Assembly (NCBI GenBank): GCA_046331705.1
Contig: JAXLQJ010000021.1
Span: 1 to 64,000 of the forward strand
Source: a bacterium
GTDB lineage: Bacteria; JADJOY01
Reading direction: 5' to 3'
Length of the DNA: 64,000 nucleotides
In this document: in pieces, positions 1 to 9,348 of the stretch
Position numbering within the stretch: the first letter of the stretch is position 1
Layout of the letters: each line of letters begins with the position of its first letter
Notes under the pieces: model-generated
Told to the model about the DNA's origin: nothing
Databases searched by the model: none
What the model saw: the letters and a program-made list of their open reading frames with translations, nothing else
Position numbers and translations under genes: made by a program

Positions 1-24
1 CCCTGGCTGCTCGAGCACCGATGA
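1..24 (+). CDS. 3' end of an upstream gene truncated by the window edge (PWLLEHR*)
   Basis: Frame-1 TGA at 22-24 overlaps the ATG at 21 (ATGA), as elsewhere in this operon. Confidence 0.45.
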   Translation, partial: PWLLEHR

Positions 25-920
25 CCCACGACGCTTCGCATCCCGCCGGCGACGGTCCGCGCACGCTCGCGGGTCGAGTCGCGGTGGTGACCGGCGCCTC
101 GCGCGGGCTCGGCCGCGCGATCGCGGAAGCGCTGTGGGCCGAGGGCGCGTCGCTGCTGCTCGTGGCGCGCGGCGCGGCCGCGCTGGAGGAGCTGACGCGC
201 ACGCTCGGCGAGCGCGGGGATGGCGCTCAGACGGTGGACGCCTGCGCGGCCGACCTCGCCGACCCCGCCACGCCGGCGCGGATCGCCGCCGCCGCGCTCG
301 CGCGCTGGAACCGCATCGACGTGCTGGTGAACGATGCCGCGCTCCTCGGCCCCATCGGCCGGCTCTGGCAAACCGATCGTGAAGCGTGGGACACGACGCT
401 GCGCGTGAACCTGCTGGCGCCCGTCGATCTCTGCCGCCGGGTGGTCCCGAGCATGATCGAGCGCGGCGACGGCCGGATCGTGAACGTCTCGGGTGGCGGC
501 GCGAGCACGCCGCTGCCGCATTTCTCCGCGTACGCCACGGCCAAGGCCGGGCTGGTGCGGTTCTCCGAGACCCTCGCGAACGAGCTGGCCGGGACCGGTG
601 TCGAGGTGAATTGCCTGGCACCCGGACCGCTCGACACCCGCATGCACGCGGAGATCCGCGCCGCAGGCGAGGCCGCCGCGGGCGCGGCGATGTCGCGCCT
701 GGCGCGCGAGGTGCTCGAAGCCGGCAGCGCCCCCATGGAGCGGGCGGCGGCGCTCGCGGTGTTCCTCGCCTCGCCCGCGAGCGCCGGCATCACCGGCCGG
801 CTGGTGAGCGCGGTGTGGGACCCGTGGCCAGCGCTCGCCGCCCGCCGCGAGGAGCTCGCGCATTCCGACGTGTACACCCTGCGGCGCGTCTCACCGAGCG
901 ACCGCGGCAAGGAGTGGTGA
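21..920 (+). CDS. SDR-family NAD(P)-dependent oxidoreductase
   Basis: TGASRGLG Rossmann motif and YATAK catalytic YxxxK. Confidence 0.9.
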   Translation: MTHDASHPAGDGPRTLAGRVAVVTGASRGLGRAIAEALWAEGASLLLVARGAAALEELTRTLGERGDGAQTVDACAADLADPATPARIAAAALARWNRIDVLVNDAALLGPIGRLWQTDREAWDTTLRVNLLAPVDLCRRVVPSMIERGDGRIVNVSGGGASTPLPHFSAYATAKAGLVRFSETLANELAGTGVEVNCLAPGPLDTRMHAEIRAAGEAAAGAAMSRLAREVLEAGSAPMERAAALAVFLASPASAGITGRLVSAVWDPWPALAARREELAHSDVYTLRRVSPSDRGKEW

Positions 921-925
921 GCGCC

Positions 926-1918
926 ATGAGTCGTCCCCTGGGATTGGCGATCGTGGGTTGTGGGCGGGTCGCCGCGAAGCGCGCGTACGCGCTCGGCCGG
1001 GCACGGCTCACGTGGTGCGTGGACGTCGAGCGCGCGCGTGCCGAGCACATCGCCGTCCAGGTGGGCGGCGACGTGCGCGTCTCGACCGATTGGCGCGACG
1101 TGCTCACGGCCCGAGACGTGGACGCGGTGGTCGTCGCGACCTCTCACGACGGCCTCGCGCCCATCGCCACCGCCGCCGCCGCCGCGGGCAAGCACGTGCT
1201 GGTCGAAAAACCGGCGGCCAAGCACGTGAGCGAGCTCGCCGCGCTCGCCGACGCCGCGCGCGCCACCGGCGTGTGCGTGCGGGTGGGCTACAACCACCGC
1301 TTCCACCCGGCGCTGCTCACGGCGCGCGCCCTGGTGGACGCCAGCGAGCTCGGCGACCTCCACTACGTTCGCGGCCGCTACGGGCACGGCGGGCGGCTCG
1401 GCTACGAGCGCGAATGGCGCGCCGACGCGGAGCGCTCGGGCGGTGGCGAGCTGCTCGATCAGGGAGTCCACTTGATCGACCTGGCGCGCTGGTTCCTGGG
1501 GGAGCTGGACGTGGCCGCGGGGATGACGCGCACGTATTTCTGGGACACGCCCGTGGACGACAACGCGTTCGTGCTGCTCGCGGGCGAGCGCGGGCGCGTG
1601 GCCTGGCTCCACTCGAGCTGGACCGAGTGGAAGAACACGTTCTCGTTCGAGATCACCGGCAGCCTGGGCAAGCTCGAGGTCACCGGGCTCGGCGGTAGCT
1701 ACGGGACCGAGCGCCTCGCGTGGTACCGCATGCTGCCGACGCTCGGTCCGCCCGAGACGACGATCTGGGAATACCCGGGCGAGGACGGCTCGTGGGCGCT
1801 CGAGATGGCGGCCTTCGTCGACGACGTCGCCGAGCGCCGCGAGTCGGTTCCCGGCATCGCCGACGCCCGCGCGGTGCTGGCGATCGTGGAGCGCGTCTAC
1901 GCGGGATCGAGCCCGTGA
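926..1918 (+). CDS. Gfo/Idh/MocA-family oxidoreductase
   Basis: Start reassigned to ATG 926 (MSRPLGLAIVGCG); HVLVEKP, GYNHRF and GGGELLDQGVHLID motifs. Confidence 0.9.
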   Translation: MSRPLGLAIVGCGRVAAKRAYALGRARLTWCVDVERARAEHIAVQVGGDVRVSTDWRDVLTARDVDAVVVATSHDGLAPIATAAAAAGKHVLVEKPAAKHVSELAALADAARATGVCVRVGYNHRFHPALLTARALVDASELGDLHYVRGRYGHGGRLGYEREWRADAERSGGGELLDQGVHLIDLARWFLGELDVAAGMTRTYFWDTPVDDNAFVLLAGERGRVAWLHSSWTEWKNTFSFEITGSLGKLEVTGLGGSYGTERLAWYRMLPTLGPPETTIWEYPGEDGSWALEMAAFVDDVAERRESVPGIADARAVLAIVERVYAGSSP

Positions 1919-2898
1919 TCATCACCCGCAGCCCGTTGCGCATCACGCTCGGCGGAGGCGGCACCGACCTCGCGTCGTACTACGGCGAGCACGGCGGCTT
2001 CGTGATGTCGGCCGCCATCGATCGCTACGTGTACGTCACGCTGCACCGCACCTTCGAGCCCGAGCTGATCGCGAAATACTCGCGCATGGAGCGGGTGAAG
2101 CGGACGGTGGAGCTCGAGCACCCGCTGATCCGCGAGGTGCTGCTGTCGCTCGGACACGCGGAGCCGTCGCTCGAGATCGCGAGCATGGCGGACATCCCGG
2201 CGGGCACGGGCCTCGGCTCGTCGGGAAGCTTCACGACCGCGCTGATCCTGGCGCTGGTGGCGCTCGATCGGCGGCGCATCGAGCCAGCGGAGCTGGCGGA
2301 GCACGCCTCGCGCATCGAGATCGAGACCCTCGGCAACCCGGTCGGCAAGCAAGACACCTACGCGGCCGCGTTCGGCGGGTTGCACGGCTTTCGGATCGCT
2401 CGCGATGGCCACGTGACCGTCGAGCCGCTCGCGCTGCGCAGCGAGACGCTCCACGACCTGGAAGACGATCTGCTGCTCTTCTTCACGGGTTTCTCGCGCT
2501 CCGCCTCCGAGATCCTGGCCGAGCAGGATCAGCGCAGCCGCGCGCACGATCCCGCGATGATCGACCACCTCCATCGCGTGAAGGAGCTGGGCGAGCGCAG
2601 CCACGAGCTGCTGATCGCCGGCGATCTCGATCGCTACGGCGACCTCCTGCACGAGCACTGGCTGCTCAAGCGCGGCCGCGCGAGCCAGATGAGCAACGCC
2701 CGCATCGATGCGTGGTATCGCCTCGGCCTCGAGAACGGAGCGCGAGGCGGCAAGCTGGTGGGAGCGGGAGGCGGCGGCTTCCTGCTCTTCTATTGCACGG
2801 AGAAAGCCCGGCTGCGTCGCGCCATGGCAGCGGCCGGATTGCCGGAGGTCCGGTTCCGGTTCGAGCACGACGGCACCCAGGTGGTGAGCCGCACATGA
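1915..2898 (+). CDS. hddA: GHMP-family sugar kinase, HddA-like (D-glycero-D-manno-heptose 7-phosphate kinase)
   Basis: GTG start overlapping the previous stop; SPLRITLGGGGTD, PAGTGLGSSG, GKQD and GGKLVGAGGGGF motifs. Confidence 0.85.
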   Translation: MIITRSPLRITLGGGGTDLASYYGEHGGFVMSAAIDRYVYVTLHRTFEPELIAKYSRMERVKRTVELEHPLIREVLLSLGHAEPSLEIASMADIPAGTGLGSSGSFTTALILALVALDRRRIEPAELAEHASRIEIETLGNPVGKQDTYAAAFGGLHGFRIARDGHVTVEPLALRSETLHDLEDDLLLFFTGFSRSASEILAEQDQRSRAHDPAMIDHLHRVKELGERSHELLIAGDLDRYGDLLHEHWLLKRGRASQMSNARIDAWYRLGLENGARGGKLVGAGGGGFLLFYCTEKARLRRAMAAAGLPEVRFRFEHDGTQVVSRT

Positions 2899-3665
2899 GC
2901 GCCTCGCTGCCGACGGTCGCGATCCTGGCCGGCGGGCTCGCCACCCGCCTGGGCGCCGCGGCGGCCGCAACGCCCAAATGCCTGGTCGACGTGAACGGCG
3001 AGCCGTTCCTGCTGCGCCAGGCGCGATTGCTGGCGAGCCGCGGCGTGACGCGCGTCGTGGTGCTCGCGGGCCATCGCGGCGAGCAGGTCGCCGAAGCCCG
3101 CGACCGGTTGCCGTGGCCGCCCGGGCTCGAGATCTCGGTCCGGATGGACGGGCCATGCTTGCTCGGCACCGCGGGGGCGATTCGTCGCGCGCTCGCCCAT
3201 CTCGGCGATCCGTTCTTCGTGCTCTACGGAGACTCGTACCTCGCGTGCGACCACCGGGCGGTTCACGCGCGCTTCGTCGCGAGCACGATGCCCGCGCTCA
3301 TGACCATCCATCGCAACGAGAACCGCTGGGAGCCGAGCAACGTCGAGAGCGACGGCCGCATCGTGCGCCACTACGACAAGCGCGCGCCCACCGGCCGCAT
3401 GCGTCACATCGACTACGGCCTGGGGCTCTTTCGCGCAGCGGTCTTCGACACACTCGCCGACGGCGAGGCCGCCGACCTCGCCGACCTGTACGCAGCGCTC
3501 GCGGCGCGCGGTCAGCTCGCGGCGCACGAGGTGCCCGAACGCTTCTACGAGATCGGCTCGCCGCGCGGCCTCGCCGAGCTGCGCGACCACCTGGCCGGCG
3601 GCACCCGCCTGGCCACCTCGCCCGACGCGCCGTCGCGCCCGTCGGCAGCGGAGCACCCATCATGA
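2895..3665 (+). CDS. Sugar-phosphate nucleotidyltransferase, HddC-like
   Basis: ATGA overlap; ILAGGLATRL...PKCL, LGTAGAI and LYGDSY motifs. Confidence 0.85.
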   Translation: MSASLPTVAILAGGLATRLGAAAAATPKCLVDVNGEPFLLRQARLLASRGVTRVVVLAGHRGEQVAEARDRLPWPPGLEISVRMDGPCLLGTAGAIRRALAHLGDPFFVLYGDSYLACDHRAVHARFVASTMPALMTIHRNENRWEPSNVESDGRIVRHYDKRAPTGRMRHIDYGLGLFRAAVFDTLADGEAADLADLYAALAARGQLAAHEVPERFYEIGSPRGLAELRDHLAGGTRLATSPDAPSRPSAAEHPS

Positions 3666-4258
3666 GCTTCACGGCGACGTATCTGCGCGAGGCCGCGCAG
3701 ATCGCGGCGGCGATCGACACGGCGAGCATCGAGCGCTTGGTCGACCTGCTGGCCGCCACCCGCGAGCGCGGCGGCCGCGTGTTCGTGATCGGCGTGGGCG
3801 GAAGCGCCGCGAACGCATCCCATTGGGTGAGCGACCTGCGCAAGCTCGCGGACGTCGAGGCCTACGCGCCCACCGACAACGTGGCGGAGCTCACCGCGCG
3901 GACCAACGACGAGGGCTGGCCGCGGGTCTTCGCCGACTGGCTGGAGGTGAGCCGAGTGGTCGCGGACGACCTCCTCGTGGTGCTCTCGGTGGGCGGCGGC
4001 AGCGTCGCACCCCCGGTGAGCCCGAACTTGATCGAAGCGATACGCGCGGCCAAACGGGTGGGCGCCCGCGTGGCGGGAGTCGTGGGCCGCGACGGCGGCT
4101 TCACCGGACGCGAAGCCGACCTGTGCGTGATCGTGCCCACCGTGAACCCCGAGCACACCACCGCGCACACCGAGGCCATGCAGGCCGTGATCGGGCACCT
4201 GCTGGTCACCCATCCGACGCTGCGCCGCCGGCGCGGCCACTGGGAATCGATCGGCTGA
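3662..4258 (+). CDS. gmhA: SIS-domain phosphoheptose isomerase (GmhA-like)
   Basis: ATGA overlap; GVGGSAANASH, TARTND and HTEAMQ motifs. Confidence 0.8.
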   Translation: MSFTATYLREAAQIAAAIDTASIERLVDLLAATRERGGRVFVIGVGGSAANASHWVSDLRKLADVEAYAPTDNVAELTARTNDEGWPRVFADWLEVSRVVADDLLVVLSVGGGSVAPPVSPNLIEAIRAAKRVGARVAGVVGRDGGFTGREADLCVIVPTVNPEHTTAHTEAMQAVIGHLLVTHPTLRRRRGHWESIG

Positions 4259-4376
4259 GGCTCGGCGCGGGGCAGGGCGGCTGCGGTCACGCCGGGGCGC
4301 AGGCGGCGCGCGCGAGGCGTGTGCTATCGTCGCGGCGCCCTCCTGCTCGCGCCCGTCTCGGACCGGTCCGACGCGC

Positions 4377-5642
4377 GTGATGAACGTCGATCTCTTCCGC
4401 CGCGTCGACCGCCTCGTCGGCGTTCCGCTCTGTTTCGCGCTGAGCGTGCTCGACAGGCTGCGCCCGCGCCGTCCGCGCGGGGTGGCAACCTGGCCGCCGC
4501 GAAGGATCCTGCTGCTCAAGCTACCGGAGATGGGCAGTGTCGTGCTGCTCCACCCGTTGCTCGAGCGCGCTCGCCAGCGCTGGCCCGAGTGCGAGATCTG
4601 GCTGGTCACCTTCGAGGAGAGCCGCGCGGTGGTGGCGCTGCTCGGCTCGATCCCGGCGGAGCGCGTCCTCACGATCAGCACTCGCGGTCCGGGGCGATTC
4701 GTCGCGAGCGTCGTCCGGGTGCTGGCGCAGGTGCGGGCGCTCGGTTTCGACGCGGTCATCGACCTCGAGTTCTTCGCGCGGTTCTCCGCGCTCTTCGCGT
4801 ACCTGACGCGAGCGCAGAGCCGGGTCGGCTTCCACCGCTTCCACACCGAGGGGCTCTATCGCGGTGCGCTGCTCACCCACCCGGTCGCGTACAACCCGTA
4901 CCTGCACACCGCGCACGCGTTTCTCACGCTGCTCGAGGCGCTCGCTCACGATCCCAGCGAAGCACCGCTGGTCAAGGACCGCGTCGCGAGCCTGGCGTTG
5001 CCGATGCCGCGCTTCGTGCCGCGCCCCGAGGAGTCTCGCGACCTCGCGACCCGGCTCGACGTCCTCGCCGGCACGCGCGTGGCGGATCGCCCGCTCTATC
5101 TCCTCAACCCGAACGCGAGCGAGCTCATCCCCATTCGACGCTGGCCGGTGGAGCGCTACGTCGAGCTCGCCGAGCGGCTGCTCGCCGATCCGCGGGCGCT
5201 GCTGGCGTTGATCGGGTCGAGCGACGATCGGCCCGCCGCCAACGCGATCTGCGCCCGCATCTCGTCGCCGCGCCTGCTCAATCTCGCCGGCACGACCAGT
5301 GTCCGCGAGCTCGTCACGCTCTTCACCCTCGCGACCGCGCTGGTGAGCAACGACAGTGGCCCGGCGCACTTCGCGAGCCTCACCGATCTACCGACGGTGA
5401 CGCTGTTCGGCCCGGAGACGCCGCAGCTCTACGGCCCGCTCGGCCCGCACCAGACCAACCTCTACGCCGGCTTCGCGTGCAGCCCGTGCGTGACGGCCCA
5501 CAACCATCGCCACAGCGCCTGCCAGCGCGCGCGCTGCCTGGAAGCGATCTCGGTCGAGCAGGTACTCGCCGCGCTCGACGCCATGATCGCGAAGCGCGAC
5601 TCCAGCCGCACGCCCTCCCCGAGACTGCGCGTCGTCTCCTGA
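4377..5642 (+). CDS. Glycosyltransferase family 9 (heptosyltransferase-like)
   Basis: LLKLPEMGSVVL, RRWPVERY, LNLAGTTS, VSNDSGPAHFA and LFGPETP motifs. Confidence 0.88.
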   Translation: MMNVDLFRRVDRLVGVPLCFALSVLDRLRPRRPRGVATWPPRRILLLKLPEMGSVVLLHPLLERARQRWPECEIWLVTFEESRAVVALLGSIPAERVLTISTRGPGRFVASVVRVLAQVRALGFDAVIDLEFFARFSALFAYLTRAQSRVGFHRFHTEGLYRGALLTHPVAYNPYLHTAHAFLTLLEALAHDPSEAPLVKDRVASLALPMPRFVPRPEESRDLATRLDVLAGTRVADRPLYLLNPNASELIPIRRWPVERYVELAERLLADPRALLALIGSSDDRPAANAICARISSPRLLNLAGTTSVRELVTLFTLATALVSNDSGPAHFASLTDLPTVTLFGPETPQLYGPLGPHQTNLYAGFACSPCVTAHNHRHSACQRARCLEAISVEQVLAALDAMIAKRDSSRTPSPRLRVVS

Positions 5643-5663
5643 CGATCGCCCCCACGTGCGCGC

Positions 5664-6488
5664 ATGCCCGTCTCCGTGGTGCTTCCGACGTACGACGAGC
5701 GCGACAACATCGTGCCGCTGCTCGAGCGCTGCGAGCGCGCGCTCGGCGCCATCGGCTACGAGGCGATCGTGGTCGACGACGATTCCCCGGACGGCACCGC
5801 GGCGATCGCCGCCGAGCACGCGCGACGCAATCCCGCGGTGCGGGTGATCGTGCGCGAGCCGCCGCGCGGGCTCCGCGCATCGATCGCCCGCGGCGCCGCC
5901 GAGGCGCGCCACCCGGTGATCGCCTGGATGGACACCGACGGCTCGATGCCGCCGGAGCTCTTGCCGAGCCTCGTCCAACCGATCGAGCGTGGCGACGCGG
6001 ACATCGTCATCGGCTCCCGCTTCCTGCCGGGCGGCGGCATCAAGGGCCAGAACCCGGCGCACCCCAGGCTCGGGTGGCTGGGCGTCGCGCGCCGGCTTCG
6101 CGGCACCGAGGACTCGCTCATCGCGGTCGCGCTGTCGAGCTTCGGCAATTGGCTGCTGCGGCGCCTCTTGACCGATCAGGTGACCGACTGGACCAGCGGC
6201 TTCATCGCGGTGCGCGCCGACGTGATCGACGCGGTGCCGCTGGAAGGCGATTACGGCGAGTACTTCCTGAGCTTCGTCTATCGCGCGATCGGGGCCGGCT
6301 TCCGGGTGCGCGAGGTGCCCTACGTCATCGCGCCGCGGCTCTACGGCGTCTCGAAGACCGGCGAGAACCTGCGCGAGTACGCGCAACGTGGGGTCCAGTA
6401 CATCGCGGCGGCGCTGCGCGCCAGACGCGTCGCGCGCGTCCCACGGAGCGCGTCGATCCGGTCGTCGCCGATGCGCTCAACGCTGTGA
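5664..6488 (+). CDS. GT2 polyprenol-phosphate glycosyltransferase (DPM1/ArnC-like)
   Basis: SVVLPTYDERDNI, VVDDDSPDGT, MDTDGS, VIGSRF and DWTSGF motifs. Confidence 0.88.
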   Translation: MPVSVVLPTYDERDNIVPLLERCERALGAIGYEAIVVDDDSPDGTAAIAAEHARRNPAVRVIVREPPRGLRASIARGAAEARHPVIAWMDTDGSMPPELLPSLVQPIERGDADIVIGSRFLPGGGIKGQNPAHPRLGWLGVARRLRGTEDSLIAVALSSFGNWLLRRLLTDQVTDWTSGFIAVRADVIDAVPLEGDYGEYFLSFVYRAIGAGFRVREVPYVIAPRLYGVSKTGENLREYAQRGVQYIAAALRARRVARVPRSASIRSSPMRSTL

Positions 6489-9149
6489 TGGTCGCTCCTC
6501 GAGCAAGACCGGGAGCGTGAAGCGGATCGTCTGATCGCGCAGCGGCGTCTGGGTCTTTCCCGGGACGACCTGCACCATCACCGCGTCGATCGCCGCGAGC
6601 GACAAACGGCCGTCGCCGGCGCTCTGGTTCGCGTCCCGCTCGAAGGCGGCGAACGGCACCGCCAAGGCCTTCCATCCCTCCTCCCACAACACGACGGGAT
6701 CGGCGTGACGCCATTCATCGCCGTCGTGCTCGTGCAGCACGAGGCGGAGCTCGCCGCCGCGTCCGCTCGACTCGAGTTCCGTCGCGAGCCCCCAATTCCC
6801 GCGAAAATCCGAGCGCGGATAGGGTGACATCGTCACGAACCAATACGCCCGCTCCGACAGCAACGAGAACTGCGTTTCCCACGCCGCCAAGGACCAGGGT
6901 GCGTGTGCGAGCCGGACGGTCGCGGGCGTATCCGGGCCGGTACGGAACGCCTCGACCATCTTGGGTCCGTGCGGCATGGGCAGCCCCACCGGCAGCCAGC
7001 CGGTCGGCCGCACGTCGGCGGCGATGCGGAAGCGGCGCGGATCGGGAGATACGAAGCGCGCGAGGCGCGCCACCTCCGGCGGCGCGCGCAACGCTCGATC
7101 CGAGCTCTCGAGGGTCAGCACGTAGGCGTCGATGCTCGCCGTCGAATAGCGCAGCACCAGCTTGAATCGCAGCACGTTCGGCCCCACCGACCAGTGGTCG
7201 TCGAGCGGATACGTGTGGATCGTCGACTCGAGCTCGTCGCGAGAGCGTCCCGGCGGGCAGTGGTTGCTCGCCAAGGTTTCGCCGTTCAGCACCACCCACT
7301 CGACGCACTCGCGCGTCTGGATCACGAAGAGCCCGTGCGCCCGCGGCTCGTGCAGCTCGAACGGAACCTCGAGGTACTGCGCCGCCACCGACTCGTCGAG
7401 CGCGGTTGCTCCGCCCCACGAGAGCGGAAACTTCGAGATCACCCAATCGCTCGAGTGGCCGCCCACACGCTGCCAGTCCTCCGGCACGTGGCTGGCGCGA
7501 AACGCGTAGCTCATGGTCACGGCCTCGTCGAAGCGCACCACCGAGAACCGTTCGCGCTCGTATTCCTCGGTGGTGACGAGCTCGGGCACGACCTGAGCTT
7601 GCTCACCGCGGTAGACGACCAGGTAACGCGGACCACGCGGACGATCGAGCCGCCGCTTCACTCCGACCTCGTCCATCAGATACGAGAAGAGCGGCAAGAA
7701 CCCACGATGGCGATCGGGCGCCGGCACGTCGGGCCACGAGAAGAACGACGTGTCGCGAGCGAACGCAGGTGCGTCGAGGCCGATGTCCTCGATGAAAAAA
7801 CGCGCCACCTCGAGCTTCGCGCCCAGCGTGCCGTCGTTGGCGACGAGCCCGGTGGCACGAGCGTCCGCGCGGGTCTCGCCGATCACTTTCATCTGCACGA
7901 GGCACCACGCGGCGAGCACGAGGGCGCCGAGCGCGGCCAGCGCGACGCGGGCGCCGCGCCGAGCCGAGCGCACCCGTTCGAGCGCGAGCGGTGCGACCGC
8001 CAGAATCATCGGCAACGGATAGAGCGGCAGCAGGTAGCGATCGTAGAGACGGAATCGAGCCAGCGCGAGCACCGCGAGCGGAACCGCGTAGAGCGCGAGC
8101 ACGAGCGCCGCGCCGCGCGCTCGTCCCGCGCGTTCGGCCGAGCGCCCCGAACGGAGCCACTGGAGGACGAACCCGAGGAGCACGAGCGCTCCTGCGGCGG
8201 CGCATGTCCCGAGGAGCACGCCTAGCTCGTCGAGCGCTCGGACGAACCACGCGGGTTGCACGCCAGCAGGCAGGAAGCGCGTCGGCAAGCTCGGAAATGC
8301 CACGCCGCGGAACGTGGCGCCGCGCGCGAGCACGGCCGCGTTGAATCGGTTCGGGACTGCGTCGACTTCGAGGGGAGTCGATCCCGTGAAGACCGAGGCC
8401 GCGATGTCGCGCGCGGCGCGCAGGTTCGGGAATCCCGCGCGGACCTCGTGGGCGAGATAAGGCGCCCACCCCAGCAAGGCGAGCGCCACTCCGATCGCGA
8501 CGTGCGCGGGACGCAAGCGCGGCCGATGGATCAACAGCAACGACACCACGGGCGGCACGAAGTACGCCGTCACGTAATGAAGCTGAACGAGCGCCGAGAG
8601 CGCCGCTAGCAACGGAATCACGCCCCAGGAGCGGCGCTCGACCAGGACCAGCACCAGCCCGAGCAAGAGCAGCGCCGTGAAGCACGGCACCATCGTGAGA
8701 TTCCAGAGGGTTTGTGAATACGCGACGAGCGTGGCGTCGAACGCGTAGAGCAAACCGGCGACGAGCCCGGCGACGCGGCCGAACAAGCGCCGCGCCACCA
8801 GACAGGTGAGGCCCGCCGCCGCCACGTCGAAGAGTGCGCCGAACGCGATCAACGCCAGGGGCGAGCGCGTGACGAAGCGCGGCAAGGCCAGGATCCAGAA
8901 GAGCAGCGCCGGCAGCGAGCCGCCGAAACGCCCGGAGATCTCCCAGCCCACCGCGGGCCAGGCGCCCTGGTTCACGATGGGATCGACGAGCTTCAGGATC
9001 TCGACCTGATTGTGGTCCCACGGCACGGCGTCGAGCCCCGACAAGCGCAGCGCCGCCGCGACACCGACCACCCACACCACGTCCCACCCTGGCCGCGTCG
9101 CGAGGGTCGCCAGCGTGGCCATCGCGGGACGGTTCGGATCGCGAGTCAC
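6477..9149 (-). CDS. ArnT/PMT-like (GT-C) multi-pass membrane glycosyltransferase with a long C-terminal extracytoplasmic, probably carbohydrate-binding region
   Basis: Many hydrophobic helices in the N-terminal half (ARRLFGRVAGLVAGLLYA; YDRYLLPLYP). The C-terminus GWKALAVPFAAF...GDGRLSLAAIDAV resembles CBM11/CIA30-like folds. Confidence 0.75.
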   Translation of the reverse strand: MTRDPNRPAMATLATLATRPGWDVVWVVGVAAALRLSGLDAVPWDHNQVEILKLVDPIVNQGAWPAVGWEISGRFGGSLPALLFWILALPRFVTRSPLALIAFGALFDVAAAGLTCLVARRLFGRVAGLVAGLLYAFDATLVAYSQTLWNLTMVPCFTALLLLGLVLVLVERRSWGVIPLLAALSALVQLHYVTAYFVPPVVSLLLIHRPRLRPAHVAIGVALALLGWAPYLAHEVRAGFPNLRAARDIAASVFTGSTPLEVDAVPNRFNAAVLARGATFRGVAFPSLPTRFLPAGVQPAWFVRALDELGVLLGTCAAAGALVLLGFVLQWLRSGRSAERAGRARGAALVLALYAVPLAVLALARFRLYDRYLLPLYPLPMILAVAPLALERVRSARRGARVALAALGALVLAAWCLVQMKVIGETRADARATGLVANDGTLGAKLEVARFFIEDIGLDAPAFARDTSFFSWPDVPAPDRHRGFLPLFSYLMDEVGVKRRLDRPRGPRYLVVYRGEQAQVVPELVTTEEYERERFSVVRFDEAVTMSYAFRASHVPEDWQRVGGHSSDWVISKFPLSWGGATALDESVAAQYLEVPFELHEPRAHGLFVIQTRECVEWVVLNGETLASNHCPPGRSRDELESTIHTYPLDDHWSVGPNVLRFKLVLRYSTASIDAYVLTLESSDRALRAPPEVARLARFVSPDPRRFRIAADVRPTGWLPVGLPMPHGPKMVEAFRTGPDTPATVRLAHAPWSLAAWETQFSLLSERAYWFVTMSPYPRSDFRGNWGLATELESSGRGGELRLVLHEHDGDEWRHADPVVLWEEGWKALAVPFAAFERDANQSAGDGRLSLAAIDAVMVQVVPGKTQTPLRDQTIRFTLPVLLEERPSQR

Positions 9150-9283
9150 GTGGCGGCGGAACGACGGCGAAGGCGCGATTCGTAGGGGATCTCACCGACG
9201 AGCGCCCCTACCCTACCGATCCGCCCCACGCGGCTCAACCGCGCGATCCTGCACATGCGATTCACCGTCGCGTGCGCGCGGCT

Positions 9284-9312
9284 TTGACGCGCTGCGACGG
9301 CGTCTGGATAAT
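9284..9312 (+). promoter_or_regulatory. Sigma70-type promoter TTGACG-N17-GATAAT
   Basis: Near-consensus hexamers, 17-nt spacer, upstream of GGAGG (9336-9340) and ATG 9349. Confidence 0.6.
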
Positions 9313-9348
9313 CGAAACAGAGTCCCGCACACACCGGAGGTCGTCTCG

